A DNA stretch of 64,000 nucleotides from Oligoflexia bacterium (GCA_020847095.1 JADLCR010000088.1:46871-110870), one strand, 5' to 3'; numbered from the stretch's first letter, positions 43,979 to 53,129 are shown. Numbers and translations: made by a program. Notes: generated from the letters alone by a model not told the origin.

Positions 43979-44279
43979 TCTCTGTCATCGTCTCTACGGG
44001 CCTTTCCAACCGCCTAACCCCGATTCCAATTCCGGCCGTCATGCGCTCGGATGGTATAAGATCAAGCGTCGATGATACTCCCGCTGAATTTTTTGCAACA
44101 GTAATTGCTGAGATATTGAATCCTAGTTGAATTCGATTCCATACGAAATGACGAGTGGGTGTTCCCACTTGATCTGAAATGAGTTTTGATCTCTCGGCAG
44201 ATTGATCTAACTGGTACTGTGAATCAACGATATGAGCTGCGATTGCGCCCAAAACATTTTGTGCCTTTCGCGACATCAC
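43944..44279 (-). CDS. hypothetical small protein (uncertain)
   Basis: 111-aa ORF. Its start overlaps the upstream gene stop (ATGA) and its end overlaps the next gene start by 35 nt. Confidence 0.35.
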   Translation of the reverse strand: MMSRKAQNVLGAIAAHIVDSQYQLDQSAERSKLISDQVGTPTRHFVWNRIQLGFNISAITVAKNSAGVSSTLDLIPSERMTAGIGIGVRRLERPVETMTESGTDEITEENS

Positions 44280-45502
44280 GCAACCTCGCGATCGGTTATG
44301 GGCTGAGGAATCTCAAGGTGATAGGCCGGATCCTCTTTTGGCTTCAAAAACTTACTGATTCGCTTTTCTTCGGCTACTACTCGCTCAAATGCCACACGAT
44401 CTTTTAGAGATTTCGGATCAATATCAATAACATTGAATTTTTTTGGATCTGCAAGATGTAAAGAAACAGTGCTAGGTCCGATTTCATTTATCTTTCGTTC
44501 CATTTGCTGAATGACTTCTGCCCGCTGTAGATCTCGCGCAATTCCCTTTTCGTAAACTTCTATGATTTTTCTCCCGGGTCCCTTATAGAGTCCTTTCATG
44601 TGTGCCACGCCATGCTTTGCGCAATTGTCATACATGATACGTGCCTGGTCTGCAGGCTTTCTTGCCGTGCTCGTGATGAATGCTCCATGCTCATTACAAG
44701 CTACTAGAATATCTTCCAGAACTCCGAGCGAATAGGTTGAAACCAACTCTTTCTTTGCATTTGGGCCAAACTGAATTTCAATTTTCGCACGTGATTTATT
44801 CAAAGCATTTCTGGTTGACGGCGGAATAGCATTGCCTTCGCGAATCTCTGGGCCGCTAGATTCGATGGGAGCATTGAGTAAATCCATGATGGTTACAGAG
44901 GGGGCAACTGAATGATGTTTGAGCACGTAAACGGCGTCATTAAAAAACTTAATAAACCGATCGCAATGCTCACCAGTGCCTATCGGGTACTGTTTCATTT
45001 TCCATCTGTTTCGAGCCCCGTTGTTGCGCTTAACGCCTCCTGCGTTGTAGGCAGCTGCAACGCGTGGAGGATCAAATTCAGTAACCCTTGACTGAAACGC
45101 GATATAAGCCGTCCCAGCTTTAATCGAATTTCTCGGCTCAAAAAGCCATTCACGACTCACGCTTTGTCTCAGGGTATCGCTCGCCGTTGAAATCAGAGTC
45201 TGCATCAGTCCTGCGCTGATCCGGCTCGGCGTTGCCGAGTCCGACCGAAAACCTGGCTCTTCCCGAACAGCCCTGGGGTTTCCGCTTGATTCCGTACAAA
45301 TGGTGGCGATGATAAGTTCACAGGGAACACGATACTGAGAAGCTATATCGTTGATTATTTCACAATAGGAGTCCCAAACACGTCCAACGGTTCGTGGAGC
45401 ACCTCGAGTGCGCTCCACGCCCGACCCTTCCACCTCGATACCGTCTCTCGTTAAACGCCATCGTGTGCCATTATTAAAATTGTGAAATCGTCCAAGCGAC
45501 AT
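44276..45502 (-). CDS. lytic transglycosylase (SLT domain) fused to an uncharacterized C-terminal domain
   Basis: Family-1 LT motifs TESSGNP, AGLMQ and AYNAG in the N-terminal half. About 200 aa of C-terminal sequence of unknown type. No signal peptide. Confidence 0.72.
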   Translation of the reverse strand: MSLGRFHNFNNGTRWRLTRDGIEVEGSGVERTRGAPRTVGRVWDSYCEIINDIASQYRVPCELIIATICTESSGNPRAVREEPGFRSDSATPSRISAGLMQTLISTASDTLRQSVSREWLFEPRNSIKAGTAYIAFQSRVTEFDPPRVAAAYNAGGVKRNNGARNRWKMKQYPIGTGEHCDRFIKFFNDAVYVLKHHSVAPSVTIMDLLNAPIESSGPEIREGNAIPPSTRNALNKSRAKIEIQFGPNAKKELVSTYSLGVLEDILVACNEHGAFITSTARKPADQARIMYDNCAKHGVAHMKGLYKGPGRKIIEVYEKGIARDLQRAEVIQQMERKINEIGPSTVSLHLADPKKFNVIDIDPKSLKDRVAFERVVAEEKRISKFLKPKEDPAYHLEIPQPITDREVA

Positions 45503-45520
45503 GTGCTTTTGAGATCCGTG

Positions 45521-46693
45521 TTAAATGAGTACCGCAATTTTCTTCGCCAAAACGCCCCATGTCACGGTCACGTTTACCAATGTTGGCTTGTCCTTTTTTT
45601 CTTCGTATGAATATCCAGATCGGGTAATTCTAAAAATGATAGAACCATCATCATTGGCTGGCTGAGAATCGGCAACATAGGATTCTGTTGTGCCTTGCAA
45701 CTTCTTATAAGTAATTCTCATAAACGGATCATCCACATTGACTGTGATTTTTTGCCCTTTATTTCCAACATAGCCAACTTCGTTTCCACCGGTGCCGCCT
45801 TCGGTTCGAGGTGCCTTTTTCAAAACAGCCTCAAATTGATGGTAGCGCCCAATGATCACTGGTTCAGCTGGAACCGTAGGATCATTTGAGACTCCAGGTT
45901 TGGTGACGTCGCCTGATCCTGTCAAATCCACGGCCATCGTTGCGCCCGATTGGATAAGAAAGGGCTTTGGAGCTTCAATTTCTTTTCGCGGCTCAAGAGT
46001 AGCTTCCATATGCATATTGCCAACGGAAGATGTGACAGTGGTGCTCGAATCAGTTGAGCTGCTGTAATTGCTATTATTGTACCCAAGGCTTCCGCTGATG
46101 CTACCGCCGGTCATTCCATAACTGCCATTCACACCAACTTTGAAAGACTCAGATCGGCCTTGGATTTTAAATCCAGTATCAGCATCAAAAGATGCCACTT
46201 TCATATCGGCCTGAAGATGAACTCGGCTCCATTGATAAGAAACTGGTGGTAAAAAGCTAATGACGGGAATCTGACTCTTGATCACTGTTGGAGTGTCGTA
46301 AGTCCCGTCGTCTTTAACTTTTTGCTCTATAATTGTTGGAACTTCTATGTTTGTTTTCGAGAGCTCTTTTGCAGTTTCTACCATGTTTTTATCAAGTGCT
46401 TCTTGAGCATCGGCCACGGCATGACCAATTTTTCCGACGAATTCTCCAAATGCAGGAGTCACATTTGATAACCCAGCAGCCGTGCGCTTAGCCGCATCGG
46501 CGGCCCTAGGGTCACCAAATCTAAGTGCTCCTTTGTTTTTGGCACGAGCTTTTGCTTGTCGCTTCAAGTCTTCTACGATCGCCAAAGCTTCTTTTGTGTC
46601 CTTTGGGAGAGCTTTTAAAAGCTTCGCCGTTTCCTTTTTCACAAATGATGCACCGACAAAATTTTTCTTAAGCTTTCTTGCTGGTTTTCCCAT
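45521..46693 (-). CDS. hypothetical protein with poly-basic N-terminus, RFGDP motif and Gly/Ser-rich beta-rich body
   Basis: MGKPARKLKKNF...KGALRFGDP. Ser/Thr/Gly-rich central segment. No signal peptide. First gene of the five-gene module. Confidence 0.55.
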   Translation of the reverse strand: MGKPARKLKKNFVGASFVKKETAKLLKALPKDTKEALAIVEDLKRQAKARAKNKGALRFGDPRAADAAKRTAAGLSNVTPAFGEFVGKIGHAVADAQEALDKNMVETAKELSKTNIEVPTIIEQKVKDDGTYDTPTVIKSQIPVISFLPPVSYQWSRVHLQADMKVASFDADTGFKIQGRSESFKVGVNGSYGMTGGSISGSLGYNNSNYSSSTDSSTTVTSSVGNMHMEATLEPRKEIEAPKPFLIQSGATMAVDLTGSGDVTKPGVSNDPTVPAEPVIIGRYHQFEAVLKKAPRTEGGTGGNEVGYVGNKGQKITVNVDDPFMRITYKKLQGTTESYVADSQPANDDGSIIFRITRSGYSYEEKKDKPTLVNVTVTWGVLAKKIAVLI

Positions 46694-46910
46694 TTTTTTG
46701 GACTCCTTTTTGAAAAACGATTATTTATTGACGATCTTGAACACTCTGAACTATCGGCGCATCCAAAAAAATATGAACCCTCAACTCGGCTTTTTTATTA
46801 AATCAATCGCTAACCCCGACTTTGGCTCAACACATCATGAACATCGACTCGCTACCAGGTAGTGCCAAGTTTTTTTGCTTTTATGCTGAAAAAATCATAA
46901 GTTCCCGAAG

Positions 46911-47735
46911 ATGACTTGCTGCTCCATATGCGAATCAGAAAAATTCACTCGCGTCTTTGAGAACGCGCAAAGAAAAGTTGTGCAGTGCGACCAGTGTAAA
47001 CATGTGCAATGCATTAAACCCTCAAAGCAAGTCCTGATTTATGACAAAGAATACTTGAACCATCACCACAACTGGTTCAAGTATCCACCAAAGAAAATTT
47101 ATCGAAAAATTATTACCAGAATAACTCGAATAATAAATCCACAAACGCTTCTGGATTTAGGAAGTGGGCTAGGTTCGTTTCTGATTGAGGCGCGCAAAAG
47201 CATTCCTAAAATTCTTCTTACCGGCGTTGACCAAGGTTACGATTCTCCATCACCAGATCTTCAATGGTACAAATCCGATTTTATGTCAGAAAATGAACTT
47301 CAAATTTATGACGTCATTTCACTGATCTCAGTGGTCGAAAACTATCACCAGAACCTAGATGCTTTGCTTATCAAAATCTATCGGCACCTCTCTGATTCTG
47401 GACTGATCGTCATTGTGACTCCAAATGCTTCAAGCTTAATAAGCCAAATTTCGATTCAAATGTCGCGGCTGGGATGGTCGATTCCAGCTCAACTTGTTTT
47501 TTCAGAAGAAAATCCACAAACCTTCAGCCAAAAATCGCTTAACCTTTGGCTTCTTAAAAATGGATTTAAAGTGATACAGGAATGGGGTGAAACGTTACCT
47601 TGGAAAACTCGAGATACCCATTTGGACTCTAAAATTCTTCATTTTTTAGTTAATGCTGGAATTGGCTTTTTATCAGAAGCGGGGCGGCTTATAGGCCGCC
47701 CTTATCTAATTTGTATCATAGCACAAAAGGCCTAA
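46911..47735 (+). CDS. class I SAM-dependent methyltransferase with N-terminal zinc ribbon
   Basis: CSICES...CDQC pair, then methyltransferase motif I LLDLGSGLGSF. Confidence 0.75.
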   Translation: MTCCSICESEKFTRVFENAQRKVVQCDQCKHVQCIKPSKQVLIYDKEYLNHHHNWFKYPPKKIYRKIITRITRIINPQTLLDLGSGLGSFLIEARKSIPKILLTGVDQGYDSPSPDLQWYKSDFMSENELQIYDVISLISVVENYHQNLDALLIKIYRHLSDSGLIVIVTPNASSLISQISIQMSRLGWSIPAQLVFSEENPQTFSQKSLNLWLLKNGFKVIQEWGETLPWKTRDTHLDSKILHFLVNAGIGFLSEAGRLIGRPYLICIIAQKA

Positions 47736-48107
47736 TTACTTTTTTGCTTTTGGCTGCCAAGAACCACATGAGCCTGCGGCCGCAACTAGCCCCGCGGTAA
47801 GCATTTGGCACTTACCCCATCCTGCATTTGATGCGGTGTAGAGTGCGCAATTATCGCAAATCATGTTTTTCTTTTTGAGGTCCTTAAATTGGGGATATTT
47901 TTTTAAGTCCATGGCCTTGGCGTCTTTTTTATAACCAAGGGCAGACGCAACCGCATCCGACTCAGACACTTCCTTTTCACCAGCTGGCAATGCCACTTCA
48001 CCTTTGGCCAATGCCCAAGTGCTTCCAATTGCCTGCACCACTGGGATCGCCGCAGTCACGATCAGGGCAGCTTTCAAGACTTCTCTCCTAGATGTTTCAT
48101 CTTTCAT
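47736..48107 (-). CDS. high-potential iron-sulfur protein (HiPIP) with Tat signal
   Basis: SRREVLKAAL twin-arginine signal. HiPIP Cys pattern CDNCALY...C...C. Confidence 0.8.
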   Translation of the reverse strand: MKDETSRREVLKAALIVTAAIPVVQAIGSTWALAKGEVALPAGEKEVSESDAVASALGYKKDAKAMDLKKYPQFKDLKKKNMICDNCALYTASNAGWGKCQMLTAGLVAAAGSCGSWQPKAKK

Positions 48108-48128
48108 AAAGTTCTCCTATCAATTTTG

Positions 48129-48365
48129 TTATGTTGATTTGACAATCTCGAATCCAAAAAACTTTGCGATTTTCTTAGATCTTTTCTTCAGCTTTTTAGC
48201 CTGCTTTTTTAATTTCTTGCGCCGCTTTTTTACGGAAACTCTTGGTTCGACCAAAAATTCACCAGCAATTCCTGAGTCCCCTCTAAAAAATTGAACTAGC
48301 GGAATCGCCGCAAAGAAAAGCAAAATGGATTTGAGCAATTCCCGTCTTGAGCTTTCACTTTTCAA
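48129..48365 (-). pseudogene. truncated HiPIP-like paralog: Tat-type signal plus poly-Lys tail, HiPIP domain missing
   Basis: MKSESSRRELLKSILLFFAAIPLVQ parallels the HiPIP N-terminus, with DNA-level similarity (GCGGCGATYCC...). It continues into KKRRKKLKKQAKKLKKRSKK. Lacks the HiPIP Cys pattern (no Cys). Confidence 0.35.
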
Positions 48366-48652
48366 GCGCTCAACCCTCTCATTTTATAGTCTATTAATTT
48401 ATTGTGATCAATCGCTACGCAAAGGTCAATAAATTTGAGCGCCCCGAAAACGCAGGTCCCTTTAAGAAAATGTAAGAGGTAGGAATAATTTCACCCTAGT
48501 TCCAATTGAGTCCTGGTTTTTGGCGCGAAATTCAAGCCGCGGCCCCTAGCGTCGACATAAGGATTGGCACAAAGGTTGGAAGACACAGCCATCAAACAAC
48601 AAACTTTCCATTCAAAGTGCGTATACGGGAAAACATTTAGAGAGGGTAAATT

Positions 48653-50530
48653 ATGAATAAACTAGTTAGAACAGGTGCGTTGGTGGCCCTGCTTGTCAGC
48701 AGCCTGGCAACAGCAGAAATCACGCCGGTTGAAAATGGCTACCAGTTAGAAAAGTGCGGTTTTGGATCTGGTACACCGTTCACAGCCACAGTGCGCGAAA
48801 CCAACGACAGCATCTCGGGCCAAGTCTCGCCATCAGGGTGTGTGAAAACCACATTTAGAAATGGCCGAGCAAAACCGGGCAACAACATCATTGTTGAAGT
48901 TGGATCACAGAAGTTTTCTGAAACTATTCCTGGAGGCGCCCCTGCACCGGGCCCTACGAACCCAGGACTTCCATCGGTTGATATTCGCGACGTCGAAAAA
49001 TCAGCGTCTGATAATGCTCGCATGATTGCCAACCGCGTGGTTGAAATATACGGCGAAGCAGAAAACTTTCGCTACAACCTCTATCTTGGACTTCGAGAAG
49101 GAGTTGCTCTTTACAACTGGACAGCAGCTTATTCCTACGAAGGAACTGGCGACTATCGCTCAGGCTATGCACTCGGACAAAACGAGGGCCGCGATCAGGG
49201 TTACCGCGCTGGAGAGTCGGCGGGACGCTCTGAGGGGTCCACTAACGGTGGGATCGAAGCTTCGTCTCGATATCATGCTGCTGTTGATCGAGGCACAAGC
49301 CCTGATTTGACATTAAGAGTTCCTCAAGCCAATTATGCCGGAGCCCAACCTTCTCTCGGTGAAATCAAAAGCATTGATGCCCGAATTCAGGATCGCGCTG
49401 AAGAAATTCGTCGCTCTCTGAGCCGGTATCAGTACTTTGACAATACAGATTTCATGACCATCTATCGTTGGAACAACTACCAACATGATTTGGTTAAGGG
49501 TTGGTACCGTGAAGACTGGGCTTGGGAAGCGTGGCGAAAGCAAAGTCTCGGCGGAAATTATCAAAATGCTTTGGATTATTACGCTAAAATTTCTGACTCC
49601 TCACGAACGGCAAATGCCGGTGAAGCGTCTTCAGCATTTAGACGCAAATTCAAATCGACTTACGATCTTGTTATTGACGAAAAGTGGGATCGCTCCGTAA
49701 GAGCGACGAATCCTACAGCCCGAACTCTGGGCCTCGCTGTGGGCCAATCAGTAGCCCGCGAAATGGCCCGTGATTTGGGGTATCGCGCCGGTTACAGCCA
49801 ATCCTATCAAGCGTCTTCAATTCCAGCATATCGATCAGTGTACGAGTCTGCATTTCGTGAAGCATTCGATAGACGTGTGGTTCACCACAATAACAATGTC
49901 GTCGTCGAAAATGTTCAAGGTCGAGTCGTTGATACCCAAGGTGGCATTAATTATTTCGTACCGGGCCACCCGATGACAGTTATTTTAGATCGCGTCAGCA
50001 ATGCTGGACTTCTAAAAGGTCGTATTGATGTTTCCGTGCGTGGAGCAGGCGCGTCAGTAGGACCTGCGCAAAGCTTCGAGCTCGAAGGGCTCTCATCCAA
50101 CAAAGGGGTTCCTGTAAAGCTGAGTCCTGTCGGCACTGTTGCGGACATTGCCCCCTATCAAGATGTTCAAGTTGAAATCGTTATTGGAGCCCATCGATTG
50201 GCGCAAAATATTCGAGTCAACTTCACCAGTCTTGTTTGGGCTTTGGGTTCTGAGGGAAAACGACAATACGTTGACTACCTTAAGAAGTACCTCAAACTTG
50301 AATGGGATAAAGCATCTGGAGATGCTTATAAACCTGGTAAGAATTCTTTGCTGGAGCAATTGGCCCGAACTCATCTTCAAATGAGTCCAAGTCAACGCCT
50401 TCAAGTCGCTCAGGTTCGAGAAGAGCTGCGAACGGTGTATGGCGCTAAACCCGGCATGCTCTCGAGCATTTTTACCAATAAAGACGTCCGTTACAAAGAC
50501 GCTCAAGCCTACATTGATCAGTTGAAATAA
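48653..50530 (+). CDS. hypothetical secreted protein with internal GYRAG-type repeats
   Basis: Signal peptide MNKLVRTGALVALLVSSLATA. Repeated QGYRAGESAG and LGYRAGYSQS segments. Confidence 0.55.
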   Translation: MNKLVRTGALVALLVSSLATAEITPVENGYQLEKCGFGSGTPFTATVRETNDSISGQVSPSGCVKTTFRNGRAKPGNNIIVEVGSQKFSETIPGGAPAPGPTNPGLPSVDIRDVEKSASDNARMIANRVVEIYGEAENFRYNLYLGLREGVALYNWTAAYSYEGTGDYRSGYALGQNEGRDQGYRAGESAGRSEGSTNGGIEASSRYHAAVDRGTSPDLTLRVPQANYAGAQPSLGEIKSIDARIQDRAEEIRRSLSRYQYFDNTDFMTIYRWNNYQHDLVKGWYREDWAWEAWRKQSLGGNYQNALDYYAKISDSSRTANAGEASSAFRRKFKSTYDLVIDEKWDRSVRATNPTARTLGLAVGQSVAREMARDLGYRAGYSQSYQASSIPAYRSVYESAFREAFDRRVVHHNNNVVVENVQGRVVDTQGGINYFVPGHPMTVILDRVSNAGLLKGRIDVSVRGAGASVGPAQSFELEGLSSNKGVPVKLSPVGTVADIAPYQDVQVEIVIGAHRLAQNIRVNFTSLVWALGSEGKRQYVDYLKKYLKLEWDKASGDAYKPGKNSLLEQLARTHLQMSPSQRLQVAQVREELRTVYGAKPGMLSSIFTNKDVRYKDAQAYIDQLK

Positions 50531-50552
50531 TTGATCACAAACTGAAGAAACG

Positions 50553-50584
50553 AAGGCCCCAGATCAACTGGGGCCTTTTTATTT
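50553..50584. terminator. bidirectional rho-independent terminator
   Basis: aaggcccc-agatcaact-ggggcc followed by tttttatttt. Confidence 0.6.
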
Positions 50585-50608
50585 TGTGCAGATTTATTCT
50601 AAACTTTT

Positions 50609-51100
50609 TTAACCTTGGTCCTGACAAACAACGCGAGTGGAAACGGTTTTCCCTCGGTTCGGGAATTTAAGTTCACCCAAAAATTTTCCAGAACTGGGGT
50701 CTTTTTGATGTCTCGCCACCCTTAGACTTAAAGGGCCTTGCTGAAAATCATCAAACACCTCGCCTTTTTGCCCAACCAAACGGCGCACCTTAACGTCGTA
50801 AGTTCCTTTGAATAAAAGTGGCGTTGGACTTCCTACGACGCGCGAATACAAATTGATTGCGGTATGGGCTGATAATCCTCCCATTTCAACCGATGCGGCG
50901 AGCGCCCCATTTTGACCGATATTAGGGTCATGACAAAACATTCGTGGCTGCATTCGATTGGCATAAATCAGTGACATCCCTGCCGCGGTCATTACTAATC
51001 CGAAAACGATTACTCCAATTTTCTTAGTCATAAGTCCCCCGCAAATAATGCGTTGCTTCATTATTTTATTGTACTGCGTCATGATGAGGGCGACAATCAA
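50609..51100 (-). CDS. hypothetical signal-anchored/secreted protein
   Basis: Hydrophobic N-terminus after the internal Met MTKKIGVIVFGLVMTAAG. Confidence 0.45.
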   Translation of the reverse strand: MIVALIMTQYNKIMKQRIICGGLMTKKIGVIVFGLVMTAAGMSLIYANRMQPRMFCHDPNIGQNGALAASVEMGGLSAHTAINLYSRVVGSPTPLLFKGTYDVKVRRLVGQKGEVFDDFQQGPLSLRVARHQKDPSSGKFLGELKFPNRGKTVSTRVVCQDQG

Positions 51101-51164
51101 ATCTTTAAGAAAATTAGAGGTTTAAGAATGTTGTCAAATCATTGATCAATATCTAAAAACTCGA

Positions 51165-51491
51165 TCAGGGGATTTCGACAACAATGTCTTTTTCGCCGCT
51201 AGGAACGCATTGGCAAGACAGGCGGGACTTCTCGGTTTTTCCCGAAGCCACATCCAATTGATCTTGTTCTTCAGAGGACACGGCCGAACATGTCTCAAAT
51301 CCTTCGATAACGCGCACGTGGCAAGTCGAACAAGCAATATTGCCTCCGCACACGTGTTCAAGATCGACACCGTTGGCAAGCGCAATATCGAGAATGCTTC
51401 CTGGAAGCCCGGTTTCACCATAGGGGATCTTCGAGGGATCCACTTGGATTGTCACGTTGTTAGGTTTAAATGTCAGTTTAAAGGGCTTCAT
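51165..51491 (-). CDS. 2Fe-2S ferredoxin (adrenodoxin/Fdx-like)
   Basis: CGGNIACSTCHV...C cluster-binding pattern. Length 108 aa. Confidence 0.8.
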   Translation of the reverse strand: MKPFKLTFKPNNVTIQVDPSKIPYGETGLPGSILDIALANGVDLEHVCGGNIACSTCHVRVIEGFETCSAVSSEEQDQLDVASGKTEKSRLSCQCVPSGEKDIVVEIP

Positions 51492-51698
51492 CGTTTTTCT
51501 CCTTAGAGCAAATATTCTTACCTTTTAATGCATAGTCGTTCACGGACTCAAGGAAAAGTCATTTATGGTTCAAAATTCTGTCTAAGTTTCTTTCGAAATT
51601 TCAAAACTTCAAGGCTCCATCCCGATCAAGTTCTAGTGCGACCCTGACGATAGTTTGGTTAGGGGCCACTTCTCTAAGGCCCGTGTGGGGACATTCAA

Positions 51699-53129
51699 AT
51701 GCTAACAAATTACCGCGCTTTGGTCGCTTCACTTTTTCTTTTGACGGCATGCGCTCAAGATCGTTTTCCATATCAAAAGATTGAAAATCTGACTCGTGAA
51801 TCCATCGGCATTGCTCCCCAACCATCACCGACTCCTCATCCAACAGGCACGCCACCTCCGGCTCCCCTTCAACAAGGTTTAATCATTCACCCTCAAAATC
51901 CTCATTATTTTTTGGATCTCGAATCTGGCCGCCCCTTACTCATTGCCGAGTACTCAACCCTTGCACCAAGCTCGCCCTCCTATGTGGCGGCAAACGAGAT
52001 CGAAGTGATTCGCCAAAATGGTGGCCGCTATACTCGCATTTGGCATTTGCTCCCCTGGGAGCGAGGGACCTTTTGGCCCTGGGCAAGAAGCTCTACGCCT
52101 GGTGCGCCCATGGGCGGAAATAAGTATGATTTCAATCTGTGGGATCCAGTTTATTGGGGTCGGCTTAATGAGACTTTGAAAATCGCCACCGAATCAAGAA
52201 TCACGTCTGAGATTCACCTCTTTGATCGATGTGGACTTTCACCAGCTTCAGTGGATCGCTATGAGGGTAACCCCTGGGCCAGCGATAACAATATTAATGG
52301 TTTAGAGCTGCCAAGAGCTAATTCAGATGGAACTCCGGAATTCTATCAGTATCGACTGCGACCCAATTTGCGAGCCCAACAAGAAAAGTACGTTCGGAAG
52401 ATGATTGATGAGACCGTCTCTTTTAACATCATCTACGAAATTGAAAATGAGCACTGGGAGTTGAATGATCCAGACTTCGCTGATTACTATGCTCAATTCG
52501 TAAAAAACCATATCGCCACTCATTATCCCAATCACCGTCGCCTGATTTCGTACAGTAGCCTTGAAGATGATCTGGAAGCATTTTACACCCGAAACTCTGT
52601 CGATATCGTGAACAAGCATTTTGGAAACGATGTCGAAGATAATCCAGATTTGCTGAATCAATATCTTGAGCCTCGGTGGAGACACAACAAGCCCATCAAC
52701 ATTGATGAATTTGCCAATGGAGTCACAAGCCCTGATGTATTGAGAAAGATGGTTTGGATAATCGTGACAAGTGGCGGTCATTTTCATATTGAAGACGCAA
52801 GAGACGAATCCAACCCTTGGGGTGTGGTCAATAATCTGCGAACTTTCATAGCTGATTCAAACTGGAATTTTATTAGCGCTTCACCTAACCGATCGATGAG
52901 TTCGGGCTATTGTATGCAAAATCCAGGTACGGAATATTTTTGCTATTTTCTGCCGTCCAAAGCATCAAAGACTCTAAACGGAATTCCCTCAGGAAACTAT
53001 CGCGTACGATGGTGGAATCCTCGGGCCGGTGGTTGGGAAAAAGAAGAGGCCGTCAATTCGCAAGGATCCCTCACGATTACGGCCCCTGATAAGCAAGACT
53101 GGGCGTTATTTATTCAACGTCGCAACTAA
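51699..53129 (+). CDS. hypothetical lipoprotein, possibly TIM-barrel glycoside-hydrolase-like
   Basis: Lipobox LFLLTAC. IYEIENEHW resembles a GH5-type NEP region only weakly. Confidence 0.45.
   Translation: MLTNYRALVASLFLLTACAQDRFPYQKIENLTRESIGIAPQPSPTPHPTGTPPPAPLQQGLIIHPQNPHYFLDLESGRPLLIAEYSTLAPSSPSYVAANEIEVIRQNGGRYTRIWHLLPWERGTFWPWARSSTPGAPMGGNKYDFNLWDPVYWGRLNETLKIATESRITSEIHLFDRCGLSPASVDRYEGNPWASDNNINGLELPRANSDGTPEFYQYRLRPNLRAQQEKYVRKMIDETVSFNIIYEIENEHWELNDPDFADYYAQFVKNHIATHYPNHRRLISYSSLEDDLEAFYTRNSVDIVNKHFGNDVEDNPDLLNQYLEPRWRHNKPINIDEFANGVTSPDVLRKMVWIIVTSGGHFHIEDARDESNPWGVVNNLRTFIADSNWNFISASPNRSMSSGYCMQNPGTEYFCYFLPSKASKTLNGIPSGNYRVRWWNPRAGGWEKEEAVNSQGSLTITAPDKQDWALFIQRRN

Noticed and set aside
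42447-46693. Interpretation of the five-gene module as an intact prophage or Microviridae-like insertion
   Set aside because: No capsid, terminase, portal, Rep (HUH) or integrase genes in or around the module. At most a phage-derived cassette, so I kept it as an effector/lysis module hypothesis.
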